DNA of 64,000 bases from a bacterium (GTDB lineage: Bacteria; Patescibacteriota; Minisyncoccia; Phycocordibacterales; UBA2100): contig JAEUQT010000001.1 in assembly GCA_016789445.1 (NCBI GenBank), forward strand, positions 131,603-195,602. The letters run 5' to 3'. The notes under the pieces are model-generated. The model was not told the origin of the DNA, did no database searches, and saw nothing but the letters and a program-made list of their open reading frames with translations. A program made the position numbers and the translations under genes. Numbering within the stretch: position 1 is the first letter of the stretch; every line of letters begins with the position of its first letter. Shown piece after piece: positions 20,534 to 28,153 of the stretch.

Positions 20534-21442
20534 CTATTCTACTCGCTGCGCGGCGTCTATGAACGACTGGATGTCCCCTTCGAGCACCTTCTCGATGTCA
20601 CGGCGCTCATGCTCGGTACGATGGTCTTTGACGAGCTGGTACGGATGCAGCACATACGAGCGGATCTGGCTTCCCCACTCGATCTTTGTCGAAGCCCCCG
20701 CCGAAAGTCCGCGCGCTTCCGCTTCCGCTGCCGCTTCACGCATCTGGAACAGCTTTCCGCGGATCATCTCGAGCGCTTTCTCTTTGTTCTGGAGCTGGCT
20801 GCGCTCCGACGTGACATGGACGGAAATTCCGCTCGGCTTGTGCGTCATGCGCACGGCCGTGTCGCGCTTATTTACGTTCTGTCCGCCGGGGCCGCCGCTG
20901 CGCGCGACAGTGATCTCAAGATCGGTCTCGGGGATATGGTCATCACCCACGTCGGGCAGTTTCGGCAATACTTCCGCGAGCGCGAACGAGGTCTGCCGCT
21001 TTCCCGCGGAGCCGAAGGGAGAAATACGCACCAAGCGATGCACGCCTGCTTCTTTCTTCAAGGCGCCGTATGCGCCGTTGCCGCTTACTTCGAATGAGAT
21101 ACTGCGGAATCCTCCCATCGAATTCTCGTTGGATGAGAGGAGTGCATTCTTCCATCCGCGGTTGGCAGCGTATTTGGCATACATGCTGTAAAGGATGCGC
21201 GCGAAATCCTCCGCATCATCCCCTCCCGCGCCTGCGATGATCGAGATGATTGCGTCACCCTTGTCGTAGGAGCCTGCACCCGCAAGTTTCGCCTTCAGAT
21301 CTTGGTACTCCTTCAGTGTCGCCTGTGCCTTATCTTTATCCGACCAGAAATCCGGCAACCCCATTGCCGCCTCGATCTCTACGATGCGTGCCTCGATCAC
21401 CTCTTTCCCTTGCATGGCGGGAGTATAGCAAGAGGGGCGCAT
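20534..21442 (-). CDS. prfB: Peptide chain release factor 2 (compact, 302 aa)
   Basis: SPF tripeptide ([10 protein letters not shown]) and GGQ ([11 protein letters not shown]). SD GAGGGG upstream of the ATG at 21442; in-frame TGA 4 codons upstream rules out a longer N-terminus. Confidence 0.85.
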   Translation of the reverse strand: MRPSCYTPAMQGKEVIEARIVEIEAAMGLPDFWSDKDKAQATLKEYQDLKAKLAGAGSYDKGDAIISIIAGAGGDDAEDFARILYSMYAKYAANRGWKNALLSSNENSMGGFRSISFEVSGNGAYGALKKEAGVHRLVRISPFGSAGKRQTSFALAEVLPKLPDVGDDHIPETDLEITVARSGGPGGQNVNKRDTAVRMTHKPSGISVHVTSERSQLQNKEKALEMIRGKLFQMREAAAEAEARGLSAGASTKIEWGSQIRSYVLHPYQLVKDHRTEHERRDIEKVLEGDIQSFIDAAQRVE

Positions 21443-21724
21443 CTGCGCCCCTCAATGCAACGGCACTGCACGTACCAACATGATACGTATCGCGCCTTCC
21501 CATTGGACGAGGTCCCACACTCGAAATCGCGAGATACCTTCACCGTCTCGCGACGGAAGCGGAATTTCTTCCGATGTCTCACCGATATTCAAAAGCATGA
21601 GTATGACTTCCTCGTGATCAGGGTCGAGCTCAGCAACAAACTGAGGCTCATTGAGCCGATTACGGCAGTCCGCGAATACTCGCATGCGCGACCTCCTTTC
21701 CTCTTCCTGAAGTGTACACCCTCT

Positions 21725-21800
21725 TGGAGCCGAAGACCGGGATTGAACCGGTGACCCCGTCTTTACGAAAGACGTGCTCTACCAACTGAGCTACTTCGGC
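21725..21800 (-). tRNA. tRNA-Thr (anticodon CGT), CCA encoded
   Basis: Manual fold: acceptor GCCGAAG/CTTCGGC, anticodon loop TTCGTAA, T-arm CCGGTTCAATCCCGG. Confidence 0.8.
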
Positions 21801-21885
21801 AATGCGGATATCCTACGCGAAAATGCTGGATTTTCAATCTTACGGTCCGGGATTTCACTGCTCGCCGTATTCTCGGCTGCGCTTT

Positions 21886-21989
21886 CGAAACCCTCGGTTT
21901 CGAATAACTTCCGACACGGAGGGGGTCCGGTGGGTCCCCCTCCGACCCTCCCCCGTTCAATCCCGGTCGGGCCTCTCGCTACGCTCGTG
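21886..21989 (+). repeat. Family B tRNA-3'-flank element (second copy) between the two tRNA-Thr genes
   Basis: Ordered motifs shared with 16630-16748: GAAACCCTCGGTTT, CTTCCGACACGG, GC hairpin GAGGGGGTCC...GGTCCCCCTC, CCGACCCTCCCC, then an inverted copy TTCAATCCCGGTCG of the tRNA-Thr(GGT) T-arm. Confidence 0.55.
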
Positions 21990-22062
<73 letters not shown>

Positions 22063-22078
22063 TAGTGGAGCCAAGATA

Positions 22079-22735
22079 TCACGCAATCGCGTAGTCCCAA
22101 AGCTCCCCTATGCGGGCCGTTATGGACGCATCGGCGATGTCTTCAGGATTCAGGTCGATACCGGAAAAGAGCATCTCTTCAAGCTTCAGGACGTTTACCG
22201 GGAACGTATCAGCGATATGTGCGGTCCCGTCCTCTTTCCAGGCAGCCGCATATCGCGCGGCCCCGTCTGCAAGGCGCTCCTGTACCGAGAGGACACCGAA
22301 CGGTCCGACGCGCATGTCCGCATACTGCACGATCTGCAGATTCACATCCTCACTCATCAGTATCTGCATCATATTGCGCAACCCCAGCTGATCAAAGATC
22401 CTCCGCTCAGCCCCCTTGCCTAACTCATCCAGTATCGCGTCGGTCGCCTCATGCTCCTCTGCTCCATATCGAGACCGGATCTTCTCCTGCACCCCCTCCC
22501 AATGAGGGATCTCATCTGGTGGGCAGAGTGATCGCAGGGCAGAATGCGTGGTATAGGTGAAATCGAATTTCACGATCGCACCGATATCGTGCAAGAGACA
22601 TGTCGAGAGGACGAGCCTGCTGTCCGCGCCCTGAATATGCTTCGCGAGCATCTCCCCTACTGCGGCCACGCGCAGCTGGTGCAGCTGCAGCCACGGCGGC
22701 ACCTGATATCGCTCGTAGAGTTCGCGAACGGTCAT
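22079..22735 (-). CDS. HD domain phosphohydrolase
   Basis: HD motif context CLLHDIGAIVKF with upstream His. Confidence 0.55.
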   Translation of the reverse strand: MTVRELYERYQVPPWLQLHQLRVAAVGEMLAKHIQGADSRLVLSTCLLHDIGAIVKFDFTYTTHSALRSLCPPDEIPHWEGVQEKIRSRYGAEEHEATDAILDELGKGAERRIFDQLGLRNMMQILMSEDVNLQIVQYADMRVGPFGVLSVQERLADGAARYAAAWKEDGTAHIADTFPVNVLKLEEMLFSGIDLNPEDIADASITARIGELWDYAIA

Positions 22736-22752
22736 CGGCCCACCTTAACACG

Positions 22753-24318
22753 TCAGACTAATGCGATACCCTTCTCTTCGATACGCTTCAAGAGGCGCAG
22801 AAGGACCTGCGGATCGACCGGCTTCACGAGGTGCTCGTCGAATCCGGCCGCCTTCGATTTCATGCGGTCACTCTCCTGCCCCCATCCGGTCATCGCGATG
22901 AGCGCCATATTCTGCCCCCACGACTGCTTACGGATGGTCTCCGCCGCTTCGTACCCGTTCATCCGCGGCATACCGATGTCCAAGAGGACCACATTCGGTC
23001 GGTACGTATTGGCGAGATCGACCGCCTCGATACCGTCACGTGCCGTCCGTGTCTGGTGTCCGGCAAGATGCAGCATCATGTTGAGTGTCGAGACCGCATC
23101 TTCGTTGTCGTCCACGATGAGGATGCGCATAGACGCCGCAGGGGTAGGCGCGCTTCGATGCGGTCGTTCCACTGATTCATCCACGACGATCGGCAAGTGG
23201 ACCGCGAACGAGCTTCCTTTGCCATGCCCCTTACTCTCCACATGGATGGAGCCGTGATGCATCTTGATGAGACGCTTCGCGAGCGTGAGCCCGATACCGA
23301 GCCCTCCTTTCGTTCCGGAAGAATTCTCCGCTTGCCGGAACATGTCGAACACGTGCGGGAGCATCTCCGCAGAGATACCGATACCGGAATCCCGCACGAC
23401 GATCACCACTTCCCTGCCACGACATTCTGCGGTGAGCCAGATATGTCCGCCGGATTCCGTGTACTTCGCCGCATTATTGAGGAGGTTCGAGATCGCCTGT
23501 GCGATGCGCACGAGATCTCCTTTCAGGAAGACAGAACCCTCCGGCATCGTGACCGAGAATTCATGGCCGGACGATTCGATGAGCGGCTTCGAGGTCTCGA
23601 TCGCGACGCGCAGCACATCGGCAAGCGGGATCACTTCTTTCTTAAGCTCGAGCTTGTTACCGGTGATGCGCGCGATATCCAGAAGATCATCGATGAGACG
23701 TGTCATCTGCTTCATCTGCCTGCTCATGATGTCGAGCGCCCATTGCGATTCCGCGCTGCGTTCTCCCTGCATCTGCAATATCTCTATGGCGTTACGCAAA
23801 GGAGCGAGCGGGTTGCGCAACTCATGCGCCAAAGTCGCCAGGAATTCATCCTTGGTGCGTGCGGAATTACGCAGTGCATCCTCCGCTTTGCGACGCGCGG
23901 TCACATCGCTCACGATCTTCATGACGCCCGTAATGCGCCCATCCTCGTATAGTGGCGCAGCGGAAAGATTCACATGCACGAGGGAACCGGATTTCGTGCG
24001 CCGGAATGTCTCGATATCATAGAAAGTCTCGCCGTGAGCGGCGCGGGTCCGGAAGTGCTCGAATTCCTCCACCTTGTCCCGCGGTACGAACGGTACCGGA
24101 TTCCCCAAAACCTCGGACGCCTTCCATCCGAAAAGACGCTCGGCCGCAGGATTCCAGAGACGCACGATACCGCTATCCGGATCAAGCACGATGATAGGAA
24201 GCGGCGCAGCCGCGATGAGCGTGCGCAGCATGGCGTTCGCACGACGCAATTCATCAAGCATGTGTGTCTCCTCGCCCGCGGGTCCTGACTGTCCATCCTG
24301 AGTGACGTAATGCGGCAT
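22753..24318 (-). CDS. Hybrid sensor histidine kinase (PAS - HisKA - HATPase_c - C-terminal REC)
   Basis: PAS region; H-box ATLAHELRNPL; N/G boxes (NLLNNAAKYT, DSGIGI, GGLGIGL); receiver domain ILIVDDNED ... LLDIGMP. Confidence 0.85.
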   Translation of the reverse strand: MPHYVTQDGQSGPAGEETHMLDELRRANAMLRTLIAAAPLPIIVLDPDSGIVRLWNPAAERLFGWKASEVLGNPVPFVPRDKVEEFEHFRTRAAHGETFYDIETFRRTKSGSLVHVNLSAAPLYEDGRITGVMKIVSDVTARRKAEDALRNSARTKDEFLATLAHELRNPLAPLRNAIEILQMQGERSAESQWALDIMSRQMKQMTRLIDDLLDIARITGNKLELKKEVIPLADVLRVAIETSKPLIESSGHEFSVTMPEGSVFLKGDLVRIAQAISNLLNNAAKYTESGGHIWLTAECRGREVVIVVRDSGIGISAEMLPHVFDMFRQAENSSGTKGGLGIGLTLAKRLIKMHHGSIHVESKGHGKGSSFAVHLPIVVDESVERPHRSAPTPAASMRILIVDDNEDAVSTLNMMLHLAGHQTRTARDGIEAVDLANTYRPNVVLLDIGMPRMNGYEAAETIRKQSWGQNMALIAMTGWGQESDRMKSKAAGFDEHLVKPVDPQVLLRLLKRIEEKGIALV

Positions 24319-24427
24319 ATGACCCCCGAAAGCGCGAAGACGCTGACATCCGGATTAAACCATCTCGATGATGAGGTGAAGATGAAGATTCCCTTGCACG
24401 CTTCATTTTGGAGGTATACTGGTCGGT

Positions 24428-24811
24428 ATGAATGAGATGTTCAGGAAGCTATCCCACCGCGCAAGTGCAAGCTTGGGTTCCCCATGGGCATTCGCCATAG
24501 CCCTCTCCATCGTCTTGCTGTGGGCATTCGCGGGGCCGCTGGTCAATTTTTCCACCACGTGGCAGCTTTTCATCAATACGATGACGACCATCCTCACCTT
24601 CCTCATGGTCTTCCTCATCCAGAACACTCAGAACCGCGATGCGCGCGCGATGCAGCTCAAGCTCGACGAGCTCATCCGCGCCGTCCGCCCTGCGCGCGAC
24701 ATGCTCATCGACATCGAGGATATGGAAGAAGAAGAGCTCATGCTTCTCCAGGATGAATTCAAGAAGTTCCGCGAGACCAAGATCAACGAAATCAGATCGA
24801 AGCGCCGCTAG
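24428..24811 (+). CDS. Low-affinity iron permease family (PF04120-like) small membrane protein
   Basis: Strong similarity to the family core [36 protein letters not shown]...LKLDELIRA. Confidence 0.65.
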   Translation: [127 protein letters not shown]

Positions 24812-24832
24812 TACGACTGCTACAATACGCAG

Positions 24833-25666
24833 ATGCTCGGTGTCATCCTGATCGCAGTCGGCGAACTCTTCGCCGAAGCAAGCGCTACGATCGGCCGCTA
24901 CGAAGTGAAGCACCGTAAAGAGACCCTCTATACGATGGGGTTCCTGAGCGGCTTCTGGGCCACGGTCTTCCTCGTCATCTACAGCTTCACGTGGGGAGAA
25001 TTCAGGTTTTCGTACGATAGTCTTCCGACATTCGGAGCGCGACTCGGCCTCGAGATAGCGCTTCTTCTTTTCTCATTGCACGCGATGGTTCAGGCCGATA
25101 GGAGCACGTTCGCGTTCCTGCGCACGTTCACTATCCCCCTGCTTCTTGCGGCAGACCTCGCGCTTGGATACCCGCTTTCCATCAATCAGGTATTCGGTGT
25201 ATCTCTTATCGTCATCGCGCTCCTCATCCTTCTTCTCAATCACGGCCTCAGCCGTCGCGGCAAGCTGCTCTCGCTCATGTCGGCGATCTGCGCGGTAGGG
25301 ACGATCACGCTCTACAAGTACAACATCACGTATTTCAATTCAGTCGAAGCCGAGCAGACATTGATGCACGTGTTCCTGCTGGTTGCGATCGCAGCAGCCG
25401 CAAAGCTTCAGACCGGCGAAGATGTCACCCGTCGCATGTTCAAACCGGTCTTCTTCGCACAATCGCTTCTCGCCGGTGTCGCGACCATGCTCTTCAGTTT
25501 CGCGTTCCTGTTCGCCCCGGCCTCTGTCATCACGGCGGTGAAGCGGTCCTTGGAGATCCTTGGTGCAATCGTCTTCGGTCGCAAGTATTTCCATGAGAAA
25601 CACGTGCTCCTGAAACTGCTCGCCTGTGCGCTCGTTGCGGGAGGGATCGGGCTGATGGTGGTGTAG
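24833..25666 (+). CDS. DMT superfamily (EamA-like) transporter
   Basis: About 10 predicted TM helices arranged as two 5-TM repeats. Confidence 0.5.
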   Translation: MLGVILIAVGELFAEASATIGRYEVKHRKETLYTMGFLSGFWATVFLVIYSFTWGEFRFSYDSLPTFGARLGLEIALLLFSLHAMVQADRSTFAFLRTFTIPLLLAADLALGYPLSINQVFGVSLIVIALLILLLNHGLSRRGKLLSLMSAICAVGTITLYKYNITYFNSVEAEQTLMHVFLLVAIAAAAKLQTGEDVTRRMFKPVFFAQSLLAGVATMLFSFAFLFAPASVITAVKRSLEILGAIVFGRKYFHEKHVLLKLLACALVAGGIGLMVV

Positions 25667-25685
25667 GTTTGAGTGACGGGACTCG

Positions 25686-25902
25686 GTCACAGATATTTCT
25701 TGCGCCGTCGGACAGATTTTTTCGCGACCATAGGCATCGTCTCGGCCAAGAGCTCATTCGTCGCCGTCGCTCCTCATTCCTCTCGGCCCTGATTTTGCGA
25801 CCCCGTCTGCTGACGGGTCCGCCGCAAAATCTTTCGAGTCCCGCCACTCTGCTGAAAAACGCAACAACCCCGACGGCATGCGTCGGGGTTGGCGTTTTGC
25901 GC
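25686..25902 (+). repeat. Family A tRNA-3'-end-associated miniature element, copy 1 (degenerate), at tRNA-Asp
   Basis: Begins GTCACAGATA plus a hairpin. Contains an inverted copy TTCGAGTCCCGCCACTC of the tRNA-Asp T-arm/acceptor and a terminator hairpin CCCCGACGGCATGCGTCGGGG. Flanked by a 15-bp direct repeat GAGTGACGGGACTCG (25671-25685 and 25903-25917) equal to tRNA-Asp nt 56-72. Confidence 0.7.
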
Positions 25903-25973
25903 GAGTGACGGGACTCGAACCCGCAGCCTTTCCCGTGACAGGGGAATGCTCTAACCAATTGAGCTACACCCGC
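25900..25973 (-). tRNA. tRNA-Asp (anticodon GTC)
   Basis: Manual fold: acceptor GCGGGTG/CACTCGC (G4-U69), anticodon stem TTCCC/GGGAA with loop CTGTCAC, T-arm GCGGGTTCGAGTCCCGT, discriminator G. Confidence 0.85.
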
Positions 25974-26088
25974 AAGTGAGGAGTAAAGAGGATGCTAGCA
26001 TACTCTTTCTCCGAGCGCAGCGGGTGTATGAGCTCACGATTACACCCGCATTCAGAGGCGGCTAAGCCGCATGAGCCCGTACAATATA

Positions 26089-26352
26089 TCACTTCCCTCC
26101 CCTTTTCAAACCCTTCTTCCCTAAGAGATGCTTCGCCACATCCATGCCGGAAACCAAGCCCCAGACAGCATTCACCACCATGAACGGCAGCACTCCCGAA
26201 TGGTACGCATACGTAAATAGGCCTATGGATGCGACGAAGTTCAAGAGGTCGTAGGTAAGGCTTTCCGCATCAAGTTTGCTCCACTCATTACCGACAAAGG
26301 CGGTCAGTGTAAGGGCCGCCGAGCCGATACCGATGATGTCTATAAACTCCAT
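26089..26352 (-). CDS. Small membrane protein (87 aa)
   Basis: Three predicted TM helices; hypothetical. Confidence 0.4.
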   Translation of the reverse strand: MEFIDIIGIGSAALTLTAFVGNEWSKLDAESLTYDLLNFVASIGLFTYAYHSGVLPFMVVNAVWGLVSGMDVAKHLLGKKGLKRGGK

Positions 26353-26387
26353 CTCTCTATTCTATCGTAGTGTCGAGGGTGGGGGTC

Positions 26388-26538
26388 GGTCACGAATAAT
26401 TTCTGTCCCGTCGGACAGAAATTTTCGCGACCCCGGCTCGCGGTCTCGCCTGCTGGCGAGACATCGCTCCGCCTTTCGACCCCCACACGCTGTGTGCGCA
26501 GGCACACAGCCCTCGACACAAATCCACTTCGTATATTT
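26388..26538 (+). repeat. Family A element, copy 2 (canonical), at tRNA-Met
   Basis: GTCACGAATAAT; hairpin ATTTCTGTCC-CGTC-GGACAGAAAT; core TTTTCGCGACCCCGGCTCGCG-GTCTCGCC-TGCT-GGCGAGAC-ATCGCTCCGCC. Then an inverted tRNA 3'-half mimic TTCGACCCCCAC[hairpin]CCTCGACAC. Flanked by a 19-bp direct repeat (26369-26387 and 26539-26557) equal to tRNA-Met nt 56-74. Confidence 0.8.
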
Positions 26539-26539
26539 G

Positions 26540-26613
26540 TGTCGAGGGTGGGGGTCGAACCCACGACCTTGGCTTTATGAATGCCACGCTCTAACCAACT
26601 GAGCTACCCCGAC
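26540..26613 (-). tRNA. tRNA-Met (anticodon CAT; elongator Met or lysidine-Ile type)
   Basis: Manual fold: acceptor GTCGGGG/CCTCGAC, anticodon loop TTCATAA, T-arm GTGGGTTCGACCCCCAC. Confidence 0.75.
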
Positions 26614-26723
26614 AAGTGAGGAACAAAATGAGGATATACCATATTCTCATTTTTTCCGAACGCAGTCGGGCGCATGAGCATGCGAGGACCCGACGTCCTG
26701 CCAAACGTATCATTTTAACGTGC

Positions 26724-27143
26724 TTATTTCAACGTTCCTTTTACGCTCTCGAAAAACTCCTTGTCCTTGGGATGCGTGAGTAATTTCGAGACGTCATCGA
26801 TCGGAACCCATCGCGCCTCGGGATTATCAGCATCGGTCGGTGCAAGCGCTTGCTGCAGGGTCTTATAGAGGAACATATGGATACGCTTCAGCTCACTCGT
26901 ATCCTCTCCCTCCCCGCCCTTACCGATCTTGTAGCGCTCGTACGACCCGAGGTCGCGAATGAACGCCAGCTGCGTGACGCCTGATTCTTCGATAATCTCA
27001 CGCTCCGCCGCTTGCTGCGGCGTCTCTCCCGGATCAACATGACCTTTCGGCAGAGACCACGAATCACCGCGCTGACTGACGACGATCACCTCATTGAGCT
27101 GGTTAAGCACGATACCTCCTGCGCTTTCGGTCACGTTCTGCAT
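26724..27143 (-). CDS. NUDIX hydrolase
   Basis: Nudix box GHVDPGETPQQAAEREIIEESG. Start trimmed to MQNVTESAGG (ATG 27141-27143); the listed 240-aa ORF runs on through the repeat/tRNA region and is not credible there. Confidence 0.75.
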   Translation of the reverse strand: MQNVTESAGGIVLNQLNEVIVVSQRGDSWSLPKGHVDPGETPQQAAEREIIEESGVTQLAFIRDLGSYERYKIGKGGEGEDTSELKRIHMFLYKTLQQALAPTDADNPEARWVPIDDVSKLLTHPKDKEFFESVKGTLK

Positions 27144-27164
27144 GGCGGTAGTATGCCATATGTA

Positions 27165-27421
27165 CGCAGGGCGGGCTTGGTCAAGAACATTTCTTGCTTC
27201 CGTCGAAGCAAGAAATTTCTCGGCCCTGATGTTGCGGGGGCGGGCTTGGTCACGGATAATCTTCGCGCCGTCGCGCGAAGATTTCCGCGACCCCGGCTCG
27301 CGGTTTCGCCCACTGGCGAAACATCGCTCCGCCTTGCAAGTCCAGCACGAAAAGCGCACCGGCGCTTTTCTCCCCGCGACTGCACAAACACAAAACCGCC
27401 CGTACGGCGGCTTTGTGTTTG
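27165..27421 (+). repeat. Family A element, copy 3 (canonical) plus a tandem partial unit (27165-27227), at tRNA-fMet
   Basis: Partial unit GGGCGGGCTTGGTCA plus hairpin ATTTCTTGCTTC-CGTC-GAAGCAAGAAAT. Full unit from 27247: GTCACGGATAAT, hairpin ATCTTCGCGC-CGTC-GCGCGAAGAT, core TTTCCGCGACCCCGGCTCGCG-GTTTCGCC-CACT-GGCGAAAC-ATCGCTCCGCC, inverted T-arm mimic TTGCAAGTCCAGC, terminators. Direct repeat TGTTGCGGGGGCGGG (27228-27242 and 27422-27436) equals tRNA-fMet nt 60-75. Confidence 0.8.
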
Positions 27422-27423
27422 CT

Positions 27424-27495
27424 TGTTGCGGGGGCGGGACTTGCACCCGCGACCTCCAGGTTATGAGCCTGGCGAGCTACTACTGCTCCACCCCG
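27424..27495 (-). tRNA. Initiator tRNA-fMet (anticodon CAT)
   Basis: Near-identical to the E. coli tRNA-fMet body (GCGGGGTGGAGCAG ... GCTCATAACC ... GGTCGCGGGTGCAAGTCCCGCCCCCGCAA) with an unpaired 1:72 position (A1/A72), the initiator hallmark. Confidence 0.75.
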
Positions 27496-27539
27496 CTATG
27501 AAGTGCGTAGTATACCTCACGAGGAAGTGTGAGGCAAAT

Positions 27540-28127
27540 CTAGATGAATCCGAATTCCTTGAAAACGCGGGCGTACTGACTGATGACGATATTCTTCTCA
27601 CGTTCGGTGAGGGGGTTTTCCGATCCTTCATGCGCGACGCGGTTACGGACCTTATGCGCTTCCCATGCCTCATCGATGGAATTGAAGTTCGCGCGGTTCA
27701 CCATTTTCATCTTCTCACCCATGGTCTCGCCCTTGTACCCCAGAACATCAAGAAGTTCATTGAGCATGATGTCCGCTTCGAGGATCGCCAATCGCCACTG
27801 GTGCTCATCGTTGGAATTCGCATGTTCCATGATGCGATTCCAGCGCAAGCGCGTTCGCGGCACGTCCTCGTGATGCACGGAGTGCGCGTGCCTATGGAAG
27901 TTCGCATGCTCGATCTTACGTATCTGCGAGATACGCAATGCGCAATATGCGATACCGACACAGAACAATAAGGAGACGATGACCGCCAAAGGATAGATCG
28001 GCCCCCACAAGAGAAAAACCGACTCGGGCGACCAGCCGGTACGCATCTCCTCTTGGGCGATCGCTGCCCAATCCGGATGTTCGGTAACCTCTATGAATTC
28101 GTATACCGGCGAATTTCCCTCCATCAC
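27540..28127 (-). CDS. Hypothetical membrane-anchored protein
   Basis: 195-aa ORF with one TM segment and a His-rich region; family not recognised. Confidence 0.4.
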   Translation of the reverse strand: MMEGNSPVYEFIEVTEHPDWAAIAQEEMRTGWSPESVFLLWGPIYPLAVIVSLLFCVGIAYCALRISQIRKIEHANFHRHAHSVHHEDVPRTRLRWNRIMEHANSNDEHQWRLAILEADIMLNELLDVLGYKGETMGEKMKMVNRANFNSIDEAWEAHKVRNRVAHEGSENPLTEREKNIVISQYARVFKEFGFI

Positions 28128-28153
28128 CGGATTATATCCTGCCCTGCTTGGCC

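Noticed and set aside
27247-27258. GGTCACGGATAAT as a sigma-70 promoter (-10 GATAAT) driving the downstream gene
   Set aside because: No consistent -35 element exists at 17-bp spacing in any copy. A weak -10-only promoter transcribing the element itself cannot be excluded and is mentioned as a hypothesis, but it is not annotated as a promoter.
25671-27440. Possible CRISPR array or integron-like cassette array given repeated hairpin units near tRNAs
   Set aside because: The units are about 150-220 bp and unevenly spaced. Each is anchored to a different tRNA gene and has no constant short repeat/spacer periodicity. No cas or integrase gene is adjacent.
26724-27501. ORFs 26724..27446 (240 aa, full length), 27094..27501 and 27131..27391 spanning the repeat/tRNA region
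   Set aside because: They traverse family A repeats and the tRNA-fMet gene. The 5' 100 codons of the long ORF translate to Arg/Cys-rich junk. Only the 3' part (26724-27143) is a credible NUDIX gene.
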